Of a stretch of 64,000 bases of DNA, positions 39,700 to 53,039 are shown in pieces. This stretch comes from Dicyema japonicum (lineage: Eukaryota; Animalia; Dicyemida). The notes under the pieces were generated by a model. That model saw only the letters and a program-made list of their open reading frames with translations. It did no database searches and was not told the origin of the DNA. The stretch spans positions 266,310 to 330,309 of the forward strand of contig RDEW01000015.1 in the NCBI GenBank assembly GCA_011109175.1, written 5' to 3'. Positions within the stretch are counted from its first letter, which is position 1; the number at the start of each line of letters is the position of its first letter. Made by a program: the position numbers and the translations under genes.

Positions 39700-41887
39700 G
39701 CCAAGTTAGCGGATTATGTGGAAGCGTTTGCCTTTTTTCTGAAAACCAGATGGGAACAGGGAAGAAATGTCATGGTGCTAAGGAACAGGCACTAGTCAAT
39801 AAATCACTTAATAAAGTAAATGGAGGTGGATTATATGCCGCATGGATTGATTTTAAAAAAGCATTTGACTCGGTTATAGTGGTTAGGTGTCGGGCTTAAG
39901 TGGCTTAGGCTACGGGTTCGAATCTCGCTGCTGTTTACCTGGTGAAGGTTCCACGCATCTACGATGCAGAAAGGGTTTGACGAGTGACGCCGTCATCAGT
40001 GGATACTCACTGCGGAACTGGATTGACTAGAAAGGACACTCACACAAGAAAAAAAAGAAGTGAAGATCATTCCTTGGTTCTACGATTAGTTAAAATTAAC
40101 TGTTCTTTACTTAAAATAAAGTGTGTGTCCTGCCTATGCGGAGCTATAAATACTATGGCTCTCGTGAAAAGGCTTTATTATTATTTGACTCTGTTGACCA
40201 CATTTTTTTAATAGAAGTCTCTGGAATTCCCGAATGGATTATTAAAGTTGTGAGATTACTGATTATGCATTGGAGAGTGAAACTAATCTTGAATAATGAA
40301 AATATTCGTGATATTCAGATTGAATAGTCTATCCCCATGTTATTTGTCTTAGTGCTTGACCAACTTTGCCGTTTATTGACATATAAGTATCCAAAAGTCT
40401 CCGTTTTACATAATCAGTCTGTCTCGTCATTCTCAACTAATCATCTTTTATTTATTGACGATTTAAAACTTATTTCGACTAGTGAAGATGTTATTGTCAA
40501 GATGATGGAAGATGTTAATTTGTACTTCAGTGCTGTGGGGCTGGAAAAGAATCTAGAAAAGTCCGCTACAAATGTCTTGTTGTTATCAGATGAAGCCAAG
40601 TTATTAGAGGGAATGGATGGATATAAATACCTCGGTGTATTGGAAGGTCCTTCCGGACAAATTCAAAAGCCAGAAATGTTAAAAATAATTTCTTCGCAAG
40701 TAAACCAGAGTATTGAAAAACCGGTGAATACCAAACTAAATGCAGTGAATTTGTTTAAGGATATTAACGAGCATGCTCTGTCTTTATATAACTATTATAT
40801 TGGACTCATTAATGTATAACCCTGTGAATACGATTTGATTGACTCAGCTATCCGCACCATATTGATTAAACATCGAGTCCATCTCAAACCTGCATGCAAG
40901 CAGAGGCTTTATTTAACGGAATTACCTGAGAGGGCTACGCTCAATCTCTCTACTAAGTAAGATGTTATATAGAATTTTTCATGATTTGAAACTCAGAAGT
41001 ACTGTTTGCCGTAGAAGTGCCGCAATTCTTCAAGCCGAAATTTCGGAGAAAACACATTTGGCATTAATTGAAGAATTTCTAAGGCACAAGTAATCTGTTT
41101 GCGACACTTCTGAGTTGGATATAAAATTGATATCGAACATGCAAAAAGAAGGTTTAATGAATTAAATAAGATTGAAGAATTTGTTGGAGGATTATGTGAA
41201 TATAGAGCATTCCTCTCATTGGCTTCTAATAGGAATAACTCCCAAGGTCGAAAGCCTTATTCTGCCTTATTCAAGATAGGAATCTGTTCTTTGGAGAACA
41301 AAATGCAATGTGCACCCATTGTAAAAAATGGAAAAAGACCGTGGATCATTGTGCCACAAGGTGTGAAAAGACGTTGCATGGGGATTATGTAAGAAGACAT
41401 AACGAAGTCGTGAGGTGTCTATATTTCCACTTTTGCAGAGAGTTTGGTCTCAAAAACTAGAAAAAACTGAAGAATCATTCAGTGCAATCCATTGTAATGA
41501 ATGACTCAGTTGAAATCAGAGTTGACACTTTATCAAAACGGACATAATTATTGAGCATAACAAGCCAGACCTGTTTGTTTTTGATGAAAAGAGAAACAAA
41601 ATTACCTTGGTCGAAGTGGAATAACATCTCCCAAAATCTACAGCAGGTGGAATGCGAAAAGCTGAGGAGTAGGACTTCTTTTCAAAGAGCTGGAGATGAT
41701 ACACTACGCAGAGGTCAAGATTGTCCCGATTGTACTCACTCGGGATGGCCTAGTGACTTCACATTCGTGGAAGTATGCCAGATCTTTGAATATAAGTGAA
41801 AGAACGTATGCGTATGTCCAATCGCTGTTAATCAAGAAGACTTTGGAGAGTATGATTGTATCATATAGGAACCAAGTCGAGTTATGA
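39700..41887 (+). mobile_element. R4/Dong-like retrotransposon (RT-CCHC-RLE), degenerate and interrupted by SINE B
   Basis: AWIDFKKAFDSV|SINE|DSVDH, STNHLLFIDDLK, GYKYLG, HNKPD, VEVGI-like and VPIVLTRDG. Confidence 0.85.
39876..40182 (+). mobile_element. 5'-truncated SINE (copy B) inserted in an RT gene
   Basis: 13-bp TSD ATTTGACTC(G/T)GTT at 39863-39875 and 40183-40195. Confidence 0.85.
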
Positions 41888-43182
41888 TAAACTTAATGAA
41901 GAAATAAATGATATTTACTCTCGGTCTGATTATGAAGAAATTCAAGAGAAGAGTCTGAGCACACACACAATTTTTTATTAAATTAAAAATTGTCCAACTG
42001 TAATAAAGAGAATATAATTTTAATTTTTAACCAATTTGCGAAGATTCACTAAATTATATAAAACATGGTCAAATTTACAGACCACGTGGTACCACATGAC
42101 TACTTGATTAAAGATTTCTCTTCCTCCCCTCCGGTGGTGTCATTGGATCCACATTACTCAGGAGACGTCCAATGTCTGTCATGATTCTCAACATTCAGAT
42201 CCACCAGAAAGCGGTAAAACTCATCCTATTCATTTTATCGAATATCGACGAGACACTAGAAGAGTTAAACAAAAGCCTCAGTTGTCTTTCGTGGACTACA
42301 ATGATTGTATAGCTTGACTCTTTTATTTTGTTGATTTGTGGTTAAATAAAATCCTAAATGTTTTCACGTGAACTTTAATAATACCACAAAGCTAACGTGG
42401 AGATAAAACAATAGCATTTATCAGCGAATGTGGTACTGAATAACTTGATAAAAGTCACTGATGCCTAAGGCTTATTTTTGTATTATTAGTGATTGTTTTG
42501 CTTGTGTACGACCCTCACCTTTGCTCTCCGTTAAGTTGGTGGCATAATTTAAATTTCCCAAGTTTTCAATTATAGCCATTACAACATGAACTGTCAAATC
42601 TGACATAAATCTTTAAGAAATCATATAAATCGTTCTCACTGCATGGATGATCATTTTAATATTATTAAACTATAAAAACACTAAAGACAAGTTAAATAAA
42701 TCCAATCAATCACCACATCTCTAAAATTACGAGATATCCCAATGATTCCATGGTTTCCTAATGAATTCTTGGAGATGTGAGCTTTTGTACTTGTGGGTTA
42801 TACAGTTTCTCCCATTGATTGACAGAACAGACAGTAAATAAACCGGATTACTCTAAACTTGACAAATTTTAAGTATTTTAGCAAGCAATTTTAGTGATTG
42901 AGAGCACATCCCCCTTATGATGGATTGAGCTCCATTCCTCTTCTCGAATGCCCATCCTCCTTTTTGCTAGTAACAATCCGATGGAACGTAGGAAGAAAAG
43001 TGGCTTGTATCCTATAATCCCGAGTACTTTTTAACAGCAAATTTTATCGAATATTTTTAGAGTCTCAAAAAACTGAAAATCTAAAATTTACCGCAAAGCG
43101 TTCTTGCTAATTGCAGTTTATCTAACCATTAATTGATTTAATTTGTCAATCATTTAATGCAATTACTGCGTATTATTCAGCG

Positions 43183-45875
43183 ATGATTCCATTTATTTTG
43201 TTTACTCTCCATTATTCAGTCTTCTCGGATTGCTCTGTACACCAAAACTGTTCCTCTTGCATGTCTGCTGGATGTGCGTGGTGTGCCGAGGATAGACTGA
43301 CTATTAAATCTCAGGAACATTACAACCAGTTTCGTTGCTTTCCTAAAACAGAGACATCAACAAACTGCAAATATCTTATTAATGAGACCAGTTCAGTCAC
43401 TGTAGAGGACTATTTTATAAATTAGACAAATACTGTGGAATCAAATGGAGTCTCCCACACGGTGGGTGTGGAATTTAATCTTAGGCCGGGTTTCTGAATA
43501 TTTTAACATTTTATAGCATCTCCTGTGTCTACAAAAATACTTTTATCGAGTACTACTTCCAAAAGAGTCGACATTTACTTATTGGTCGATGGGAGTAAGT
43601 CTCTCGAAGATAAGCGCCCACCATTGGGGTCATATTTATCAACGCTTGTAGTGGTGGTTATTACAATATTAGTAAATTCTTTCGACGGTTTTGAAGAAAT
43701 TAGACTTGGACTGGGAATATTTAATGATAAAACCACCTCTCCGTTCATCGATGACTTCCGTTTAATGTGATATTCGTTTCACATGTTTTAGCAACAACGA
43801 TCAGTGTGCAACTGATGTCTGCAGCTTTGGTTACTCCTATTACAACGCTGAATCCCTCCAAAGCAAGACGTATAACTTATCTGTAATGTGATGAAATAAC
43901 CCTCAGAATAGACTCTCTTCTCTTCCGTCGGGGAAAAGACTGTCCGACTCAAACGGAGGTTTTGATGCTTTGGTTCAGGCAATGGCGTGTTCGGTAATAA
44001 ATCAACTAATCCAAAGTCTGATATCGGGTGGAGAGAGGATGACAGTATCAAATTAATAATATACTTGTCTAACTCCTTGCCGAGGACTGCGGGGGAAGGC
44101 AAAGTCAGTCATCGATTTATCTTAGATGGGATACATATTGTCAGAAAATGACAGACAGTGTCATCTAATTGAGTCAAAATATGACAGCTATTCTGTCAAA
44201 TATGTAAACATTTATATTAACCACTAGGACTATCCCACAATCGAGGACATCAACATTCTTTCACGAAAAGGTGGGTACAGAATACTTTTTCTAACAAATT
44301 CAACCTTCAGCGACTTTTATGAAGCAGCACGTGAAAGAATATTCGGTGCCCAGTTGATGTCCTATGACGATCAATTCTTTGAAAAAAATATAACCAAGGA
44401 CCTCATCTATGCTATCAAAGTTGTCTTTCAAGCTCACAGAATAGAAGATCACTTATTCAGTCTCCGTTGACACTGAGCCCAATTCGTTTGACATAAAACT
44501 AAGCTGCGAAAAGTAATAGACGACTAAGTTTAGTGACCACTACAAAAATCCCCCAATCACGTGCGAATCAGCCACAAGCAAACACTATGAGGTGTTTATC
44601 CAGGCTAGAATGAGCAATAAAAATAAGGGAGGAGTACATTATAGCAGTTTGATGACAAACAGTGATTATAAAAACATTAATCTGGCTATAGAACACACGT
44701 GGTCATGCCCATGTGAAGTAAAATAGTTAAATTGACTTAAGCAACAAAACAAGGAAAAGTGTTCATACCACGGAACCTACCAATGTGGACTCTGTTATTG
44801 TGATGAAGGATATCTCGGGGGAGAATGCGAGTACAGTGAACTGGAGCTGATAGAACTTTACAAAAAATGCATTAAGTAATAAATATATATATTTCAGACC
44901 TGGGACCGATGTTGTCTGCTCAGGACAAGGCACGTGTGTGAATGGAAGATGTAATTGTTTCGACACATATTTGAGTGAAATCAAAAGTTCTGACGAAAAA
45001 TATTGCGAACGTGACACAACATGTGGGGAAATCAACAATGTCGCTTGTGGAGGTTGATCTTAGCTGATTGCTTTAGGCAGAGGGGACTGTTCATACGGAA
45101 AGTGCATGTGTCATGAAGGTTACCATGGGAACAACTGCGAATGCACAAGCAATGTAGATGTCTGTCTTACTGAGGACTCTGGTCATCCTGAAAAATATGT
45201 AGAATAAAATATTTATGCCAGAGAATATGCAATGGTGTGGGAAAATGTGTTTGTGGGCAATGTCACTGCAACAAAGAGTCATACTACGGAGGTCCACAAT
45301 GTTCGGTTGCTGAGGAAGTATTGCATATATTAAACTGAGAATTACTCAAATCTGTGTTTTCGACATGAGAGATGTGTTCTCTGCATTAATAGTGGAAATT
45401 CATCATGCGAGAATGCGTGTGACCAAGAAAGCAAATTCTCCTTTTGGAATGATTTGGACTATTATGGTTGTTCTGTTGAGGATTCTCGTCAATGTTACAC
45501 AAAATACCACGTTTTTGTTTCCAACGAAAATATTCACTCTGTTTTGATTCACGGACATTCGGGTTATCAATGATTTGACAAAATTAAGAATGTGAAACCA
45601 TTAAAGGATCGATGATGTTGTGGCAGAGTGCTGTAGTGATTGTTGCGTGGTTTATATTGGGACTCCTGGCTGTCTTTGTAATCACAATTCGTAACAGAAA
45701 AGCTAACCGCGAAGAATGCGTCAACTTTATAAACGACTCCGTGGATGTCACGTGGATGGTAGATAATTATGATAATTTGCAGAATGCACAGCCTCAGTGT
45801 ACAGTCAAACAGACAAATGGTACATATAATAGTTTGGTCACATCCAGCACATACGACGACCCAAAACACTTTTAA
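43183..45875 (+). CDS. ITGB: Integrin beta subunit (PSI, hybrid, beta-I, four I-EGF, beta-tail, TM, cytoplasmic tail), many 21-27-nt introns
   Basis: PSI C..C....CAWC; VDIYLLVDGSKS; GGFDALVQAMAC; IGWR; DYPTI; cysteine-rich EGF repeats (CSGQGTCVNGRCNC); TM segment; tail ending ...DPKHF*. Confidence 0.92.
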
Positions 45876-46848
45876 TTATAAATAAAATTATAAACATTTC
45901 TTTAAATCATTCAATCCGCATTTTAACCAAAAATCAGCAAATTTTTAAAAATTGACATGAAACGCTACAAATACGATTTATAGACAAATTCCTACTTTTT
46001 TGATGCACTACTAGCAAGATTGATTGGAATCACTTTAATCAGAGAATTTGAATAATATTGTAAATTTAAAGTCGAAATGCTATCATTAACTACTTGGAAA
46101 ATTATTTAAACGTTATTTAGCAGATCTGTCTATGATTGCGGAGCAAACGAACGAATAATCCACCAAGAAAATGTTAATGTATCCCAAGTATAAAAGATCA
46201 TGGCAAAAATGTTCCAAACAACATTAGAATAATCTGAATCTTAGAAAACTTTTCTCAAAGATGTGTGATTCAGGACAAAAAGGTGAAGAGATAAATATAA
46301 TGTTTGGTAAGGTACTCCGATAGTAGATCCTATGTCTATTATTCTAATGGATATGAGTTTTGCCGTTGAGAGTTTCCGCTTTTGAGTAACTTTTTTCTGA
46401 AACCATTTCTCTCGATTAAGTTTCCAACTGCTGGGTACAAAAACATAACTACTGGCCGAGATTTATTCCTAATTTTTTTCAAAAATCAGAAATCCCTTGA
46501 TGGGCTTTTCTTGTTTAATTCTTTATGAAGCTTTGTCACGTCCACTCTCATGAATGAAAACGGTAAGTCATAAAAATGCGTTTACGAAAATTCAAATGAA
46601 CATGGTAAAATCAAGCTAACTAATCACGTTATACCGACAAGTTGCAGCAACTTGAGCATGTCTCAATGGAGGAGGATTGCCTCCCGGTAAATTAATATCA
46701 ATGGTTCTCTTTCGAGATACATTAGGTCCTCCAGGGCACCACCAGAACTTAAAGAACTGATGATCCACATTATTTAATAACCCCATGAAACTTGCTATTC
46801 GTGAAAATAAATTAATTTTCAAAAAATATTAATATTATTTAGTAATTT

Positions 46849-47562
46849 TTATCTACCATACAGACTAAGGTAAGCTCGTTTATTTAGAAAACGTTTTTTT
46901 TGTTTTGTAGTTTCGAGCTAAATATTATTTTGGGAATTACCATAACTGTGTGTGTTGGAATTGTACTGAGTTTTTCCGCGAAAGGTAAGTTTTGAGGTTT
47001 TCCACCGAAGCACTGCTTCCATTCGACCTTCCGGTTTATAGGAATATCCAAATTATATGATGTTGGAGACGGTCCTTCGAAATGCCTTTATTCACTGTAA
47101 ATGTCAACTTTTTGTTTGTCTCTCTACTTGTCCCAGAGTTGAAAGGTTCATAGGCACTCTTGATTTTCTTTGATGTAATATTTTGATATTTTCCTGGGTG
47201 GACAGAGTTATCGGTCTTTAAATTTAGATTTTAGTTTACTCCGAGTTTTAGGAAGCGTTTTTCAGTTCTGGCAGCGAAATTATAACCACTTCTGCTGACA
47301 ATCATGACATCATTGACATGTGCCATGGAGGTCATCAAATCTAGTAGGACTGGCTTTTGTACCTTTTCGACTTCATAACTCCCAGGTCCTAAGTGAGGAG
47401 AGGAGGATGATACAAGCTGAACTGTATTTCCCAGTCTGTCGAACACGGGGTCACTTGGATATACCATTCTCCTTTGTCCAGTCCCGAAGGAGATGTTACT
47501 CTTTTCATTCGTATTAAAAACTGTCTGATATTAACCTTATTACCATTATCCAAGTTAAACAT
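46849..47562 (-). CDS. PIFO: Pitchfork / ciliary microtubule-associated protein 3 (SHIPPO-type PGP repeats); start codon ambiguous (47562 or 47546)
   Basis: Spliced protein SFGTGQRR, LGN...SPHLGPGSY, GYNFAARTEKRF, HPGKYQ, YEPFNS, GPSPTSYN, W...FG and C-terminal RAYLSLY follow human PIFO colinearly. GT-AG introns of 23-24 nt. Confidence 0.85.
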
Positions 47563-48663
47563 TGCTGCTAGGCAACAAATTTTATTATTCCAACAATCTT
47601 ACTTTTAGGGAAATCACCACACATTATTCGCATTGCAGGGCACACACTTCCCGACCATAGTCGAATCATTAACATAATTGTAAATATATTTTTTGGATTT
47701 TTGAATTACGGAATAAAATATTTTACGATTTAATTAATTGGAATATATCAGGGTGGATCATAAATCCCTTGTTATCATTTGGGTTTAATTTTAAGAGTAA
47801 ATACTATATTGAATTAAAAATGACCAAGATCTCGAAATTCAATTTAACACGAGTCAATTTCACACTTTTGTGTTATCAAACTAAGATTCCCGAACTGTCT
47901 TCAATATTGTTGTTTTCCGACTTGGTATTGCGTTGAGATAGGATTCAGTCTACTTAACCATATGATGAGTAAGAAACGTTAGTTCTTACTAAAAGAATCT
48001 CAAATATAGATTAACCTTTACCAAGGTCAAGGATCACTAATTATAACATTACTATTTATGGTTATTATGAGGAGGGGACACAAAAATGTTGAGAAACATT
48101 ACTATAGACAATCTGGTTCTATAATGAAGTATCATTCGTCAAAACCAGGAAGTACCGTAGATCTACAAGAGATAAGATTGATTCCGAGATGACTTAGATC
48201 ACTAACTTGTATGTGGACAGATTAAAAAATTACAACGGACTGGGATTGTTTGTCTCTGATTTAAAGTCAACTTCAATTTAAGACGCCTATTTCTGAGAAG
48301 TAAAATTCGATTTGATTAAAGTGAATGGACATTCTATTTTGTGATCCTACGTCGACCAGATGCTTCTTTTGTTCAGGACTTTTTTTTATTTTCAGTCTGT
48401 CACAGGGCCATGCCCACAGAAGAATGAAGACAAAATCTTTAATTATCATGAAACTGAGTGGATATCATCAGCTTCCGACCAATTGACCACTTCGATAACT
48501 GTACATAATTAAACAAGAATAAATTGAAAAAATCATTGCTGACAGTAGTTTCGTTCCACCTGCTTTTCATCCCCTTATGACTGACTGGTAATAAAAAATT
48601 AGCTACTAAAATTGTCACACTATAATGGAGATGGCTATTGAAATTTATTTCCAAAGACCACAG

Positions 48664-51100
48664 TTAACAAAAACAAGAAATTATATGATTCCGGCGAATT
48701 TCAATAGGGATCTCAGCTTGGCCCGGTGGTCTTCCCTCGATCCAACACAAGCACGCTGTGGACGAGTGATCCTCTGGTATCGTTGAGTTTTTCTTATTAG
48801 GTATTCTAAGAGAGTAGGTGTAGAATTTAGATCGCCTTTGATCCAGTTTTCTATCACAGAAAACGCTCTTTTTTGAATAGCCGCAATTCCTGGGCATTCG
48901 TCCAAGAAATTGAGGGGCCCCATGATGCATATGATATGCATGGCTTGATGTACTGGCTGTATAGTGATTTCAGAACGGGATGACTTCCGGTCTTCCATAA
49001 ACCAGAGATCCCTTCTAGAGGTTGATTTTCTTTTCACATTTGTTTAAAACAATTCTCACGTGGCGCGAGAAAATCATATGGGTGTCGAATACTACTCCCA
49101 GGATCTTCTGCCATTTTTGAATGGCAACTTGTTTCCATATTCACTGTCCTGTTGGATATTCTCTTATCAGAGGTAAGGAGAAACGTAACCGATTTTTCCG
49201 GGCTGATCGACAGACTGTTTTCATTTAACCAGTAGATTAAGCAGTTTATTTGTAATTTCTCCGAGGCGACCTGAATGTCTTGGTCCCTGGATGCAATAAC
49301 AATATTATCTGCATAAGTCAGTAAAAGGTCATCCTCATGCTTCGGAGTCGCGATATCATTCAAGAAAAGGTTGAAAAGTATAGGGGACAGAGGAGATCCT
49401 TGGGGTATTCCATTTGGAATTAAACGGGAGCTCGACCATAAGTTTCCCAAACAGACTCGTCCTCTCCGTCCACTGATAAAATTCACCAGCCAGATTTTGA
49501 AATTCCCAGGTATATCCGTTTGATATATTTTTCCTGTGAGTCTTTTTCTTGAGATGGAGTAGAATTCCTTGTGAATGTCTACAGAACATAGAATTGTCTT
49601 TTTGTGCCTGAGTTTGTTGGTGAATTCCGAGCGAATATAATCACTCAGGCATAGTAGTGGGTATCCGTCGAGTAGGGGATTTAAATCCGTGTTGGAATGG
49701 TTTCTCTGGGATTGTTCCTCTGATCTTTTGAAGAACTAGTTTTTCCAGAATTTTCGACATCGAGGCGAGTTTCCATAGTGAGGGGATCGCGTTTTCCCTT
49801 AAAGACCAATTATAGATCTTTGTAAGGGTCCTGATCCCATCCGGTGTCCAAGATTTTTCAGCAGGATAACAGGGATTCCATCTGGGCCGTGGGAGTAGGT
49901 AGTCTTTGTATTGAGTAGTGCTTCTTTTACATCCGTTTCTAAAAGTAGGAAAATAACCTGTCCCTCTTCGGCTTTTCCAAAGGAAGTTGACCTGTCTTGA
50001 TCTTCCGTTTCTCTTTATGGGCAATTTTCACATAATACTTCATAATGGAATTCAGATCATTCTGGCTGTATTCGCATTAGTCGTTGGTCTATCATCAGCC
50101 CTTGATATGTCCCGAATGATTTTCCATACTTGGCGGTTGTCCGATTTTGGTTCAAAGCTGTGAGAACTCGTGACCATTTTGCTTTCTGTATCTTAAGTTC
50201 TTTGGCCTTTATGTTTTCATTCAGTGCTTTCAGTCGGAGTTTTGCCTCGGTTAAGCGAATTCCAGCTTTTTGAGGCTATTTCTTTCCTTGACCGAAACTA
50301 TCTTTCCAAAGCCTCTTGTGTAGCAGGTGTGTCTTATTGGGACAGCCATTTTTCTCCTTGTAGAATGATGTCATTTATGTGATACACCGCCTTGTCAAGG
50401 GAGGAAAAATCCTCCAGATTTACGTCAGCCAAACGATATTCAGTAATAATCCGGAAAAGTTCCAGTTTACGGATTGTATATGTAGGTCTGCTTCTTATCG
50501 CAAAATACCTCCCTCCTGATCTTCAATAAAATAGGGTGTGGTTGCTTCTGGTATCGTATATGACAGACCAAGTTACTCTTGTAGAGAGCAAATAGTGATG
50601 TCTGGGGATGTAGGTTGGTCAGAATTCATGAAAGGGGTTCTTGTGTGTTTCGAGGGGTAATTAATGATCATCAGTTTTCCAGACTGCGAGAGTAGAAGTC
50701 TTCCTCTTGCATCGGCAGGCTGACTTGACAACCAAAGGGGATGTTTGGATTCAGGTCTCCGCAGATCAAGATATCCCCCATATTTTCCAAAGTAGATAAG
50801 TCAACCATTGAATACTTCTTAGGGCGTGATCCAGGAGGAGGTATGTAGACGTTTACCATAAACAATTTTCCTTTTGTTGAACTCACAGAGATTCCAATGG
50901 TTTCCGTGGTTTCATCGTCCCTAAGGAGTTTCTTTATTTCTGATGAACAGTCCTGATACTTGAGTCCCTTTCTAATAATCGTTAGTAGTTCACCTCCACA
51001 TTTCTATGTACGATCTTTCCGAATAACACTGAATCTAGGAAAAATAGGCGAAAGCAAATGGTCCTTTTCAGAAGTGTGTTACGCGCACTCTGAGCGCCTC
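48664..51100 (-). mobile_element. Near full-length degenerate APE-RT LINE (I/Jockey-like), same family as 5090-7700
   Basis: VNVYIPP, CGDLN, GIPQGSPLSPILFN and YADN. C-terminus RAKLRSLLKFAGII compared with RAKIRSLLERAGIT. Confidence 0.85.
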
Positions 51101-51750
51101 CAAGACTATTCTGTCTGGTGGACCACATGACGCCACGTTTTTAAATTATCAAAATAAAACTATAATTTTTATTCTCTTGTTTGTGGTTTCGAGGTTAATA
51201 AATTACTAATTAAATGTATTCAGTTCCCAAAGTCACGGAAAAAAAATTTACAATATCATACAAGTCCATCCACAACCAGCAGAGAAGGAAGATACCGTCC
51301 AATCCTTGCAGTTATTGAAGCCCCCAATGTAGTGTGAGACAGCGAATGATCTTTTTTCGTGCCACTCTGCTACTGGGTCCAACCTGAGGAAAGTAGCTCA
51401 CATGAGACCACCACGAAAATTTATTTATTAACCCAGGATACACCAAGAAAGAACTAATTAAGTGTATCCAGTTTCCACTTCCACAGAAACAGAGTCCATC
51501 CGAAATCAACATTAAAGGAAAAAGACGTCCATAGTTGCAGTTGTGGGAACCCCTCCAGTGGAGTGGGGGAGAGCAAATGATCCTTTTTCGTGCCGGCCTT
51601 GTACTGGGCGCCACCTAGACAGGTGGATTACATGACGCCACTCTAATAGGAAGAGAGAGGAGGAACAGGCAAACAAACAGAAACTTCAGCCAATTAGCCA
51701 CAAAGAACCACATGGCGCCACGCGACCACGAAAATAGAGAGGCTTTGACC
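51100..51750 (-). repeat. Tandem array of related LINE-like 5' modules
   Basis: The minus-strand motif (T)CGTGG..GTGGCG(T/C)CATGT recurs near 51730, 51640, 51410 and 51130. 51270-51410 and 51490-51640 are similar to each other. Confidence 0.5.
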
Positions 51751-51870
51751 AAATAATCAACCATGGGAATCTTACCCCCAGATATAATAATTAAAAAATA
51801 TTAAATTTTAATTAAATTTAAATCAGATATTAACCTGAAATCAGATAAACTTTATCTACACGTTAAATAA

Positions 51871-52781
<911 letters not shown>

Positions 52782-53039
52782 TCTTACTAATTTTTATTTT
52801 AATAATATGGAGTTGTTTGTAGACCACGTGGCATACAAAGGAAAGGGTGAATGGTTATACTAATCAGGCTAAGGTACTCGCCTCGCTATATGACGGATGT
52901 AATCCTTTGCCTTTCTTCTGACGGATTTGGGATGTCTATTATATCGGGTTTCTGAATTCTCAAATTAATTGTGCATAAAATGAAGGAATTTTGATGTGAT
53001 AGTCTTCTTTGGGATGGAAGAGAACTATTAGTTAGATTA

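Larger units (their letters stand above)
34829..40182. repeat. Tandem segmental duplication of a ~2.67-kb unit, bounded by SINEs
   Basis: 34829-37494 and 37495-40182 are colinear and highly similar, with scattered substitutions and small indels. Confidence 0.95.

Noticed and set aside
47336-47362. Second non-canonical micro-intron in PIFO
   Set aside because: The frame reads through without a stop (VQKPVLLDL), so no splice is required; it may simply be an insertion.
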